A stretch of 64,000 nucleotides of DNA from Octopus vulgaris (taxonomy: Eukaryota): assembly GCA_951406725.2 (NCBI GenBank), contig OX597832.1:67456001-67520000 (forward strand), given 5' to 3'. Positions 25,547 through 40,300 of this stretch are shown here, one piece after another (position 1 is the first letter of the stretch; each line of letters starts with the position of its first letter). The translations under genes and the position numbers were made by a program. Below the pieces are notes generated by a model that searched no databases, was not told where the DNA came from, and saw only the letters and a program-made list of their open reading frames with translations.

Positions 25547-25836
25547 CAATATCAATATTGAATTATGATTATATGATAGAGAAGAATATGTATTTTATAC
25601 ACCTAATCAATTTCAATACACTTTACATAAAGCATTTAGCATTTATCATCCGCAAATTTACCACCTGTACTCACTAGATTCACAAAGAAATAACCCTCAT
25701 TAAATATCCTTGATTTCATGATGGCCACGTACTATTTCAATAACATTGAAAAGTATAGAATAATAATAAACATAATAATTGTAAAAGCAGCGACGACAAT
25801 GATGATGATGATGATGATGATGATGATAAGAATTGA

Positions 25837-25910
<74 letters not shown>

Positions 25911-25911
25911 A

Positions 25912-26454
25912 ATACCCTGAAGCAGCACAAGTCATTGGCTCTCATGTCCTTTGATCTTAACAGATTAGAAGTGTTATCATGTACATTGTTTTGTCTTGGT
26001 ATAAAAGATTGGCTACACCAAATATTCTGCTCAATACCTCTGGTTTGCATGTCAGTTGTTTGACCATAACCTTTTGAGCATCTCCATTAGGCTGACGATA
26101 TGAGCATCTCTGATCACGAGCAGAAATAGTGGGGGAACACCATAGCCATGTGTTGAGAGGAATTCTTTGGGATTTGAATAATTCACCCTTGGAAACTTGC
26201 GTGTTTTCTTCATCATTCTTAAACAAACCTTATTCAGAGACCTTTTGAGTAGGATGGGCTTCTTGAGCTGAAAAAACTTCTAACTGGGCCCCACCTGCAA
26301 GGTCAAGTGCTGTTTATCCTCATACAAGATCACCATATTTTGGTGATGCATGTTCCTGGTGTACACTTATCATACGTGTAGTCATGGAGGTTATACTGGG
26401 CTTCATATATTTTATCCCAGTGTCACTTTGATGGCAACCATTGCTCTCCCACTC
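25912..26454 (+). mobile_element. (TAA)n-anchored ~550-bp retroposon, copy 3 (full length, more diverged)
   Basis: Colinear with 711-1266; preceded by (TAG)n, followed by (TAA)n. Confidence 0.85.
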
Positions 26455-26505
<51 letters not shown>

Positions 26506-28231
26506 CTTCCCCATGAAATATCACGTGAATCCGAGTATGCATTTCAAGGTATTTGTCAATGAACGATATCAACCAGGCTTCGAAGAAAAAGAAATGAAAT
26601 GGGGGAAAACAAATTGAACTATGTACTTACAAAAATATAACATAGTTATCTAGACAAGGAGCAAAATATATGAAGGAGAATCGGAAATATGAAGAATGTG
26701 TGAGAAATAATGTGAAATATAAATTTTTAAAAAATGAATGTTTATAATGAAGGAACTAAAAGCATTTAGCTAAAATGAAGTTCTGACATTTTTATTATGC
26801 GTCGTTTCTATCACGCTGTAACGCAATTAAAATAACAAAATTCTAATATATTTCTCTGAAATTTTATAAAAATTCATTATTTTCAAACAATTTCCTTGAA
26901 AGTTTTCAGAGTTAACTAACAAAGTTTGCCTATTTATTTTTTAAAATTTAATTTATATATTTATTTTGTGTCTTCTTGAAAACAAATTTTGAATAATTTT
27001 GTCAGTTTTGTAAAATGCAAAATATTTTGATTTCGATTTTTATTTTATAAAGAATTTCTATTTTATATTTTAACAATTTAGTTTATATTTGCAGAATTCT
27101 CTCTTCACCAACACGTTTTAAAGTGATTACCGCTAAACAATAGAAATGCTAAATTAAGAAGGACATACTGTAATTTCCTATAGTCGGGAGAATCACCTAA
27201 TTTATGAAGAATCCTTACTAGCGAGAAATCAAATCAGAAAAACAAAATATTTTTTTATGCCTAAGATATATAAGAATCTAGCTGTGTTTGCGCAAATAAC
27301 TGAATTTTTAACATACACATACAAATAAGGAAATAATAATATTAACGTGTCTTTAATTTTCATATATTGTTAAAAGTAGAATTGAATCATCGGTTCACTG
27401 TATTTACACTGTCAACATTGACAATGGGTGGTTGTGCACTCGGCTTTTGAAAATATGTATCTCGTCGCGCATGTCCATCCGAAGGACAATGTCAGGATGT
27501 CTGCTTTGTATTCTTATAGACGAGAAAAGAAATTTGCTATTCACGGTATGTTACTTAACGTCGGATGTTGAAATTCCTTGCGCAGGTATTAAAAGCAGCT
27601 ACAATTATGTGGCACACTGGCATTGATCAAAAATATAAGTCAGCATATTTCTTACTTTGAGCACATTTCACTGATGACTACTGTTTCAAGAATTGCTCTC
27701 CACTGATAAAAGGTGCTGATTGCGTGTTATCTTTCCCACATTTACGTCATAAGATAATAATTCGAAAGCGAGTTTGTATGCTTTGCAATGCATATGTCTG
27801 GAACAGACGGATGTACTGTTAAATGTTATGGGTTTGGAAATTGTAAACAGTTCATCTTTTTTCCTTGTAAATATACCTGACATATTTTCATTACCCTGTC
27901 ATCGTAGCAGTTTTATAGTATACAGTAGAGGTACGTCTGTCGACAGTACTCTCTGCTTCAGCTCAGACTCTCGCGTTGATTTTATCAATGTCAGTTTGTG
28001 ACATTAAATTCTGAAATCTTTCCTAATCAACAATTCTAGATCTTCTTATATTGTGAAGTATGCTTAAAAATATACTTTATAAGAAACTTTAACTTTATAT
28101 ATGTATTTATATGTTTGTGCATGCGTATATATATATATATATATATACATATATACATATATACATATATATAACCAGTAAGGTCTTTTGGATATTTAAT
28201 ATTTCTTAGGTTGTTATTTAATACCCAACAG

Positions 28232-28301
<70 letters not shown>

Positions 28302-28349
28302 TATATATATGTATATATTTATATATATTTGTGTATGTATATATATGTC

Positions 28350-28410
<61 letters not shown>

Positions 28411-28415
28411 ATGTG

Positions 28416-28459
<44 letters not shown>

Positions 28460-28499
28460 GGAATACACAGAGTGCACAGCATTTGACACCAGATAAAAT

Positions 28500-29060
28500 A
28501 TACAGAGGGCCAACTGACATACAAGATTTAGTGAAAATCCTGTCAAATGAATTTTCCATGTGATACATCACCAAACTAAACTCATGAGATGGATCCTACG
28601 ATCCTTCGTGACAAAAGAACTGGTAGTTTTGCTGATTTTATTGAAAAAAAAAATTGTGGACAGATTCTATTACTGCTCACAGATTTTGTCACCAATCCTA
28701 TCACGTCGCATTGAAGAAACTGATGGGCTACAAGGAGCATTCACCAGTGAAATAAAAGCCGTAAATACTGGTAAGTTCTGGAAGCTTTCAACGCTGAACA
28801 GAGGAATATATTACCATTTACGTATGGAAAATTCTGGACTTGCATGTTCCAAACTTCGACATTACAGATAATTTTAATGCACGGACAGGTAGATATTGTC
28901 AGCTTCTAAATATCATAAGCACAGACACACTATTGTACCAGTCTTATATTCAAAGGCCCTCTGTTGTTCAACAGCCTTAACTACAGAAATCAGAAGTATA
29001 ACGAGGCCCTCTACTGACAACTTAACTAAAAAGAAAACGTTGGATAAACTCCATGCTCGA
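28500..29060 (+). mobile_element. Decayed CR1-like LINE 3' fragment
   Basis: [11 protein letters not shown]...RFYYCSQILSP...IEE.DG.QGAFT.EI and LDKL near the end, the CR1 post-RT signature. Confidence 0.65.
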
Positions 29061-29712
29061 GATGAATGGAATTTGAAGTTCTTGGGAAGTTTAGGGAGAA
29101 ATTTAGGCATTTCGCAGCACCAATCGAAATGCCAGGACGCCATAAGAAATTTGAGAAAAGTAGAAAAACAAAGGAAAATCACAAGATCAACGAGATCAAA
29201 GTTGTACGTTCGATAGAACAGAGAGATGTATATTCCTTGTTTGTACATGTGATGTATATATGTGCCTATGTGCCTGGTGTGTGTGTATGTGGTGTATGTG
29301 TGTGCTTGTGCGTATGTGTGAGCTTGTGTGTATGTGTGTGCTTGTGCGTATGTGTGTGCTTGTGTGTATGTGTGCGTGCCGGTAAGTGTTGTGCCTGTGC
29401 GTGTCTGCGTAAGTGTGTGAAATGAAATTTATATACATACGCTTACCTTTGTAATTAAGGAACATTTAGCTGGAAAGAAGAAAAAATAACTAAAATGAAA
29501 ACCAAACAAGATCGTTATAATTGTACCATTATATCTCACTATTCAGTTGCTATAGTAACAGATCAACTTTAATTACTCCGAGAATTATTCGTGCTGTTGC
29601 ATAAACCCACTCTTGATCATTATTCCCACTCGGTATACGAAATAGACACCATCACACATTGAGATAAACACATAAAACGTTTACCAACGCATATATACAC
29701 ACACGCATATTA

Positions 29713-29755
<43 letters not shown>

Positions 29756-29854
29756 CGTATATTCAAATGTGTTTGTGTAAATATATGTGTGCGGGTCGAT
29801 AATGTTTTAGTGCATGTGTGTATAAGTATGTATATATATGTATATATATGTGCT

Positions 29855-29898
<44 letters not shown>

Positions 29899-30569
29899 GT
29901 GTATTCAGGGAGAGAGACAGAGAGCGGGTGAGTGGCTCTTAAATAGTTAGACAAAGATCAGAGAAGTTAAAAGTCAAAGACCACGTACCATACACAAATT
30001 CGCGCGTACGCTGCCACCATCGTCACCACAAGCCTACATACGTACACACACACGCACACGCACGCACACACAAGACAACATATATGCATATTCTAAGTAT
30101 GTTGAATCGTTCAACAATAGATTTAACGTGCTAAATGAATCATTAATTCTTAATGTGTTGTTGAGGTTAGTTTTTTTTATATATTTTGCCTTTATGAGAA
30201 GCTATTAATTAATCTCGTTAAGAGTAATTAGTCGTGATTCCAACAACACGCACGCTTTTTTTGTATTTTCTTTACATTTTTTTATTTGCGGTTGTACCTA
30301 TAACAGTATATTAATTGGCAACATTACTTCTGTATGTGTGTGTGTGTGTATGTATCTGCGTGCGTGTTTGTTCAGATCCATGGCCTTGTAGGGTTTTACG
30401 CAACCAGAAACGTACAAAATAACAATAGAAATGATCACGTATACACTCTGGTACTCACACAGGCATATAGACACATACATAGATACAAGTATGTACATAT
30501 GCACATACAAGTACAAGCTTGAATTAGTGTATATATCAATGTTTATACTTACATATAAACATGTACAGT

Positions 30570-30618
<49 letters not shown>

Positions 30619-30841
30619 ATGTATATACATATACATGCACATGCATATATAGTTTTTGGAATGCAGCAGTGAATCTGTATATCTATCTATCTATCTAGCC
30701 CTGATATATATATATATATACATATTAGAGACAGATAGATAAATAGATAGATAGATGTGTGGACATATTTCCAGTTGTAAAAGTATGTTTGTCTGTATGT
30801 ATGCATGTGCTACGTTTGTACCTAGTTACATATATGTAAGC

Positions 30842-30876
<35 letters not shown>

Positions 30877-32349
30877 TATATGTGCGTGTGTATGTATAAT
30901 TATATATATGAATATGTATATGTGTATATACATCTGTTTATGTTTTGCATTTGTGTGCGCATGCGCTCTTTCGTTTATGTGTTTGTATTTTTATGTGTGC
31001 ATCTCTCTCCCGACGTGTATTTGTGTGTGTCAGTGTGGTTGTATGTGTGTGTGTGTGTGTGTGTGTGTATGCGTGTGTGAGGGTGTGTGTGTGTGTCTGT
31101 GTGCGTGTGCCCGTGCATGTATCTATGCACGCAATGGCGCTTTGGTTGCGTAGGTTGTCTCCTTATTACCGTACACACATGCTGGCAATTAACCGTGCGA
31201 GCTTCCTAGCTGGGGTTCCTTGCTATAAAATGTGTCATTAATTACACTGCTCATTTGCACTATTTACTACATAACAGAGGTCGTTATTACCTCTTATTAA
31301 ACTTCGACACACACGATTTCATGAATTTTCCAGAACCGAAAACAAAAACGAGAGATCTGTTGCATGTCATTAACAAATCATTAATTCTACACTCTTTTGT
31401 GCATACAAGCACACACATGTACCTACACATACACGCGCGTGCGCTCAAGTGTTTGTGTACATATGGAGTTGACAAACGATATATATATATATATATATAT
31501 ATATCATATGTACGCACACACGCCCACACACACATACACACACACATATATCCGTGTGTGTGCAAGTGCGAGCATTAGCGTACGTCTCCGTGTGTGTCCA
31601 TGTGTGCGTGTTGTCGTTTCTGTCCTCTGTTTACCCCTGTATTTAATTGTGTTGCTATATTCTCCTCGTATCTGTCACCTTTTCTCCATCATCAATACAC
31701 GCCACGCACAGTTTGCACTTAATAGATTTAATTTGTGCATTTCATCCTTAACAATGTCTTTAGAACCTCCTTCGTTGTGTGCTAAGTCTATAATCCCATT
31801 ATTCAATAAACATACCCATTAATAAATGTATACATGCTACGGTTACTTTCAAAAGTTATTCTTGTTAGGTTCAAATTTTGGCACAAGGCCAGCAATTACA
31901 AGGAAAGGTATTGATCGATTACATCAACTCCAGTTCTGAACTGGCAATTTTATCGCCATCAAAGGGATAAAAGGCAAATTGACCTTGGCGGAAATTGAAC
32001 TCAGAACATAAAGACGAACGAAACACCGGTAAGCATTTTGCCCCTCCCACTTACGAGTCTGCCTAATAGCTGCTTTCACAAGCCCTTTATATTGGAAGCG
32101 CATTCCTCTTAACTACGTTCCGTCATATATATAACATTAAATCCTATCGCATGATCTTATAGTTTGTATTGAATTATATTATATCACGTTATTTCGGTAT
32201 GTTTGAAATAATACCCAAGTCGTACACACAAGCAGATGCCTTTCCCCTGTGTTAAGTACCTGAAAACGCATTGTTTCAGCTAACTGAATGCTTTTTTAGT
32301 TACGTGCGCACACATGTGGCTGTGAGTACTTACGTATACGTGTATATAC

Positions 32350-32436
<87 letters not shown>

Positions 32437-32455
32437 GTGTATATGTATATGTATT

Positions 32456-32513
<58 letters not shown>

Positions 32514-33241
32514 CATACTCACATTATACACACACATACACAAACATATGTATGTATGTATTTCGTAAAACTGTAATAATTTTGAATGATTTAAATAATT
32601 TTAAAAATTGTTGGGATTTTATTAGAATTGTCATTATTATTTTTTCTTATTTTGTTTGATTTTTAGGTCGCTAATTTGCGGGAAAAAAAGTTACGCAAAA
32701 TAATTTAAACACAAATAGAGAAATTAAATTTAGCGAAGTAAAAATAATTAATTTAATTCAATTTTAATTATTGCTCTTAATTGCAATAAGTATTCCCTCT
32801 CACTTGTCCCTTTCCACTTATTACCTAAGCTCTACACGTCTTGCTTATTCTTTGTGTTTTCTTTTCGCATGTTCAACCTTGGACATTCCCATTATTAATC
32901 CTGATGTCTACAAACGATATTACCTTTTAGTATTCTTAACTCATGGCCCTTTCCTCATACACCATTCAAATTTCTTAACGGCACTTGTTCTTTCTATCCT
33001 CTTTACTCCGCAATTACCCGCGATTACTTTCTTTTCCAAATTCTAAATACTACATATTATCACACAATTTAGCATGTCTCCCTCATCACTTGAAACGTTT
33101 CGTCTCCCTCTGTAAGCTGCTCTTTCCTCTCGATCTTTACATCGTTTCGCGCCATCTAACAAATTCTCTCCTTTAGAATCTATGGAACTTGTTACACGGA
33201 CACACACACACACACAAACAAGCAGACAAATACACACACAC

Positions 33242-33289
<48 letters not shown>

Positions 33290-33372
33290 ATGTGTGTGTG
33301 TGCGTGTGAGTGCATGTGTGCGTGTGTTTTCGTGTCTCTGTATAAATATGTACATTCACACACACACATATA

Positions 33373-33742
33373 TAATCCCCACAACAATATAGCTGTTCGA
33401 TGTCACTACCGATTTAACCCCAGGCACATATAACCACCAGCAGGTTATACGTGCAGCTTGCAGCTGTATATATTGCAAGTGCTGGACCGTCGCCACTGAA
33501 GACGGGCAGTAATAGCCCGATACTGTTGTCTGCTAGAGGAAGGTAGGTGTTCTCTCTCCATGCTTGCAATATATACAGGGCGCAAGCTGCACCTATAACC
33601 AGCTAGTGGAAGACCTGCCTGAGTTTAAAACGGTAGTAACATCGAACCATCGAATAGCCATACTGATGTGGTGATTAATTTTACTTGTCAGTGTAGTAAC
33701 TAGTCTAATTTCTCATTGAGATATTCCAGCCTGTTACTTTGG

Positions 33743-33743
<1 letters not shown>
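33373..33743 (+). mobile_element. (TA)n-flanked foldback element with a hammerhead-like core in its loop
   Basis: Arms 33373-33486 and 33557-33677 are reverse complements. Loop has ctgaaga (33496-33502), c, gggc-agtaata-gccc, gata (GAAA variant), ctgttg, tc. Confidence 0.75.
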
Positions 33744-33808
<65 letters not shown>

Positions 33809-33913
33809 TTACAAATATACATTTATATGTGTATATATATATTTACATATATAGGCATATGTGTTTGTATGTATGTATGTATGTATGTATGTATGTATGT
33901 ATCTATCTATCTA

Positions 33914-33974
<61 letters not shown>

Positions 33975-35112
33975 CGTAGGCTCGAAACGTAAAATACTTT
34001 TTTCTATTCCTAGGCGCTATACTAATACATTTGTTTGTTTGTACTCCACCTGCCTTCGTCTTTTGTTTATTTTCGTAAACTTTCCCTTTATATACGTATA
34101 CATATATATAATTTTCCTCAATTGAAGCGACGATCTGTTAGAATCGTTATCTCACCAGGAAAGAGGCTTGCTGCATTGTTCCGTCTCTAAGTTCAAATGA
34201 CGCCGGAGGCCGATTCTGCCTTCTAATGCATTCGAGGTCGACAAAGTAAGTAGCAGATGAACATAGTAATCGAATTATCACCTCCTCCGATTTTGCTGGC
34301 ATAGTGTCAAAATTGGAAATCAATATCATTCGCAATTATTTCTGCTGTTAAAAAACAACTCACTTGATAGAAGCATGCCAAAAGTACAAAAAATCCATAG
34401 AAAACATTGACTTACAAATTTAATGAACATCTTTTTGGATCACTAAATAATTCTGTATTTGCTTTTTCAATTGCTTTGATAAAAGTTTCTAAGAAAAGGT
34501 TCGTCCGGCATAAATTGAACATTCATGATGTTCAGGAATGAAATAAATCTGCCAGGCGAATACAGATTTCTCTAAGATGATATCAGCTTCGTGATATATT
34601 CAATATAGTATTATGAATTTTAGCATTAAAAATTAATACATATGTTTTTCACCAATAAGCATATTTAGCATTATTTAATATAATTTTATAATAGGGATAT
34701 CAGAAAATTAACCCATCAGATTATATATGTCCAAGTATCATGTATGCATTCAGGATTCATCTCCCTTGAAGACACACACCCGCACAAACATTCTGATAGA
34801 TAAGTAGATTCGTAGATAGAGAGTTATATATAGTCACATAGATAAATAGATAGATAGAGAAAAAGAGAGTGACATACAGACATACATATAGACAGATAGA
34901 TAGATAGACAGAAATTTTATACGTATGTGTGTAAGAGTGTGGGTGTATTAAAACACTGTATAAGCAAAAGTGTCGGTGTATATACATGCATGTATAAACC
35001 GTCGATGTCATCTCTACGTTTGTGTGTGTTCACGTATGGTAGACTGGAATTATATATACCAGATGTTTTCATGTCTAACTGTGAATAAACCATGCTATAA
35101 ACCATATAGTGT

Positions 35113-35176
<64 letters not shown>

Positions 35177-36199
35177 GCGCAACACGCAGGTTCGTTTAAC
35201 GACTCTGCTATCCCCAGGAGGGGCAGGTAGAGTAGTTTTGGTGATGTGCCACTCATCAGGTAACAGTTTGATAAAAGACCTCTCAGAAATGGGATTACTA
35301 TCTTTGGAAAAAGTACACAAGTTTGGTGAATGCTGAATATATTAAATTAATTCAGTCCAGTTCTATTTTTATATAATATATTCCTGTTGACGCTAACACT
35401 CTAGAAATATGAATTTCAAATTCGCTATTAAGAATCTGAATAAACACTCTGTGTGCAAGCTCGATAAATTGGAAAACCGTTAATGAAAAAGTAAATAGTT
35501 GATTAGTCTTAGTTTCACGAAAAAATCATCAATTTTAGTTTTGTTTACATGGCATGTGTAAGTCTGTTTCGATTTGATTTTTGTGATTAGCGAGTTAAAA
35601 AGAGTTGATGCCAAAAACCTTATTCAAATGTTGATTAACAAAACTAAAATAAAATCAAACAGCATCTGGTAATTTGATCTTTTCTGAAGTTACTTAACGT
35701 CATTCATCAGTTAATGACAAAGATCGTTTTTACATTCATTAATAGTTAACAATCATAACGTATATTTGTAGAATGTCTGCACACCTGTCTACATCGCCGT
35801 CCTCACTCATTCGTCTACCTTCACTCTATATCACTCTCTCCCTCTCTCGCTTCTCATTCTATTAATCGTTCTCTTAATACTTGGTTAATCTGTACATTTA
35901 TCATCCTATCATGATGCGTAGAGTACAAAGTCATTTATGAACAATATTAGTTCTGTATGACTCTGGTAACTAGGATATAAATATTACAATGAAGAATGAG
36001 AATGATTTTTATGAGAATGATTTTTATCAATTCAATATGCTTCCTGTACACCCACAAGTACAGGCACACACACACACACATGTATTATGTGCATACATAC
36101 ATATATGTGTGTGTGTGCGTATGTAGATACATACAGAGATAAGGGAGAGAGAGTAGGGGGGAATGCATACATATATTTGCATACACACACAAATATTTG

Positions 36200-36232
<33 letters not shown>

Positions 36233-36772
36233 AAGAATGCAATAAGATATAATAATAGTATATTAATATATAAAGATATATTAGATACATTATAATAAAG
36301 ATGGCGCTAAATTTCAAAAGGGTTAAATTGTATACCAGAATAGAATAAGATGCTATAATTGTATATTAATATATCAAGATATATGAAATAAATTTTGATA
36401 TAGGTGGCTAAAGCAAGTAAAATCAAAAAGTAAAAATAATTAATGAGGGAGCAAGACAGCACCTGCAATCTTTAGAAATGAGTGTTAAAAAAAATATAAT
36501 TCAAAGTGCCACACAAAACCACCAGCCACATGAGATATTCGGGACTGTAAGCAGCAAGGTACATCCTTCTTCAGCGATATAAACTCACAGAATGAAGTAA
36601 TTTGATAAAACCTCTTCACGTGATTTCGAAATTTGATCAAGATCTTGTTTCTCGTAAGGGGTTCCCAAAATTACTCCAGGTTAAAGAGATAGCTTGCCTC
36701 CCATTAGTCCATGAGAAAAAACCGTTGAACCGCGAGCTATATAATTCTACACACACACACAACAACAACAAC

Positions 36773-36822
<50 letters not shown>

Positions 36823-36836
36823 AGATTTACCTCTAA

Positions 36837-36882
<46 letters not shown>

Positions 36883-37483
36883 GTTTCCATGTGAGTGTTT
36901 TGTGATAAATTCAACAAACATTTCATTCCTCCCCACCACCACACCTGCAAACGACACGCAATCTAGATTACAGTTTTCTTTTAGAATTATAGCATTCTAA
37001 GATTGACTGATTTCCTCAACATCATCCTTATTTAGAAGAAAGGAATAAAACTTAACGGAATTTTCTTTCGTGAGTGAAGACATTATGTCTATATATTTTG
37101 CAGTAAATGTTTTAATTGCTATTCGTAATTAAGAAAAATCTTCATGGGTTGTAAAGAACTTATCAGGTGTGTGTGGTGAGGACTAAGTACTCCAGTTCTT
37201 AATAGGATTAAAAGACTGACTTATGGGAAATTTTAAAAGAGTGCCTTTTTCAAAAGATCATTCATCTCTGTGGGAGATAACAATTTTATTAAAATTTTAA
37301 AAGCTTAGACGGAGAAACATACCAGCTCTTGGCTCTTATATGCAATTTATTACATTGACACTAGAAAGTATATAAACTCAAAGATTTGAAATCAGAACGT
37401 GATGTGTCATTACTAAACACCTCCTTGAACCTTCGTTTCAGGCAGTTTTTGAGTCAGACAAACAATTATGTATATAAAGCTAT

Positions 37484-37579
<96 letters not shown>

Positions 37580-37831
37580 GACACTGTTGTGTGGACGCTC
37601 CCAGACATTGAAGTATGCTAGCCGAATACGTAGATATATTGGGAGAAGTCTAGACGCCGATGAATAGCGGTGAGAGTAGAGTTAAGTTGAGTAGAGGTTA
37701 TCCGAACGTGCGACATAACAGTGGCGACAAGGATTTCGTAGCTCACATAGCCACTGTGTAGTATTGCGACATAACAGTCACACACTACACACATACACCC
37801 ATACTTACGCATATATATCTATATATATCTA

Positions 37832-37866
<35 letters not shown>

Positions 37867-38467
37867 CTGTGTGTGTGTGTGAGTTTAGAGGGCTATATCA
37901 TCAGGGAGGATACAGTCGTTGCACTCAGATACGTTCCTGTTTACGTCTAGCCTCATCGATTTGTATTCAACGTATATGATTAACAATGTTATCATTCGCT
38001 CTGTAAACACTTCCCATGGATAATTCCATGTTCGTTTCACTGGACGGTAATATGGTCTGGAGTGTATATTAGCCATAATTATAAGGATATAGAGCATGGA
38101 TACTTACAGTATTTATTCTCTCTTATCTAAAAACTCTAGCATATTTTCTATGCAATAAATAATGCAAAACATAACAATCTAGCCAAGAAAATGAAAATAA
38201 GCACAACACTACAAGCCTTACACTTGAAAACGAGGCTACGATGAATCTGACTACAACAATACACAAGGAACCCTGCAAAGACAGTAACATCAATCTTGAT
38301 CTAATTAGACAACCACCTGACTTCGGACAGCAACTAGAGTGAATCTGATGTCAAACGCGCAAATCTACAAACACATCAGGTTTAAGTTTCAAAACATATT
38401 CCCACCTCCCTAAATAACACACAACTAACTCCACTCAATTCGCTTCGAAACTAACCAAATGGATAGA

Positions 38468-38548
38468 TCCTGAAGAAGCTGCCCCGAAAATCATGACAGG
38501 CTGCATTTGCAACTGCCCTTAATCTGTGCAGTGGAAACACATGTAGGA
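38468..38548 (+). ncRNA. Partly decayed type-I hammerhead with long stem II
   Basis: ctgaaga 38470-38476; stem II gctgc...gcagt; gaaa 38534-38537; stem III cacatg; GUA triplet; short stem I; followed by a TA-rich tract. Confidence 0.55.
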
Positions 38549-39579
38549 CGTAATGAGCTACATGTTATATATCGTTATATATATGTAAAAGAAGTTGAAA
38601 ATGCGTTGGGACTAGTTGAGATTGTTTATTTTTATAGTTTCAAAGACGTGACCGGTTTCAAAGATTTTTCTGTTTTTTAAAGTTGATATACAAAGACGTG
38701 CCGCTACGCTATATATGTGCCTATGCCTATATCACTTAATCATTGTATAGGTCAATATATATTGACTATAGGATAACATTTATTCTTCACTTGCAATGGA
38801 TAATATTTTTTATATTTTTAAACATGCACGTACACACACAGACTTACACATGACTGTGTGCATAATTTAGTCAGTACCATAAAACCTTAATATATAGAAT
38901 TCATGGATTCTGAAAAGTATTTTTAATCTAACAGTCAATAGTTGCAAAACTTTATAATTACACCTTTGAAATTCAAATATAAATATATCCTTTTGCGCTG
39001 TTTGAAGTAGTAGAAAATATACTTCAGAAATAATATAGAAATACGAAAATTAAATAAATGCACAACATCAGTCTACAAACAATGAAAACAAACATATACT
39101 ACGGCATAGGGCACAAACAATTTGCTTCATAAATGCTGCAGTTTTTCCATCAAGCATAAAAAAATGTCTTCTAAGACAATTTCAAAGTACCGTTTCCTTT
39201 CCCAAAATCAAAACTTTCATTACAAAATACAAGAAACAAATGACAAAGGAAGTGCAATTTCTTACTCTTCAATCAGGTGCTATACTTGGAAGCAGTTAAT
39301 TTGCTGATGGGCACTCAATGATGACAAGATTCACAAATGTGACAAAGGGAAACAAAAGCGGAAAAAAAAGTGCTCACGCAGACACACTCGCCTACACACA
39401 CGTGCGCGCGGGCACATATATACGTCTATATGGGCATATATATGTATGTACATTCGTGTCTGTTCGTATATGCATGTCATTCTCAGATGTAATCATGACT
39501 ATATATATATATTGTATATATATATATATAATATATATATATATGTAGTATATATATATATATATATATATGTAAATAT

Positions 39580-39623
<44 letters not shown>

Positions 39624-39750
39624 CATGTACATATACATATACATATACATATACCTATGTGTGTGTCTATGTGTCTGTATATATGATGTATATATGTGTA
39701 CCTGTATGTAACTATACGTAGATATGCACGTGAGTATGAATGTATGTATA

Positions 39751-39793
<43 letters not shown>

Positions 39794-40163
39794 ACGTCAG
39801 CATAAGTATATATGTATGCCGATGCGTATTTTCAAACATCTATGTACGTGTGCATGCATATATGGATGTATGAATACCAGTATGCTTGTATGTATGTATG
39901 TATGTGTTATGTATGTTTGTATATATGCATGGGGAACCGGTACAATTTAGAGAAATAATCTACCAAAATAAATCGAAGTAAAGAAGGAAATAAATTCTAT
40001 CGCTGCCACTAGCCAAGCATGATGTGTCGAAACAACAGAATATTTCAATGTAAATTTTCCTTATACTCATGAAAGTATAAACATTTTATTGATCAGATTC
40101 TACTTAATATAGCACTGATGTAGTATTTTTTATTTCTTACTTATTACCTCTTGAGCGTTATTT

Positions 40164-40207
40164 TAGAAAGAAAGAAAGAAAGGAAGAAAGAAAGAAAGAA
40201 AGAAAGG

Positions 40208-40299
<92 letters not shown>

Positions 40300-40300
40300 A
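40164..40300. repeat. (AGAA)n/(AGAT)n compound tetranucleotide repeat; similar GATA/GACA arrays at 17154-17270, 43190-43397 and 54750-54810
   Basis: Read directly. Confidence 0.95.

Noticed and set aside
35225-35265. Minus-strand CUGAUGA-gtg..cac motif
   Set aside because: No GAAA and no stem I partner.
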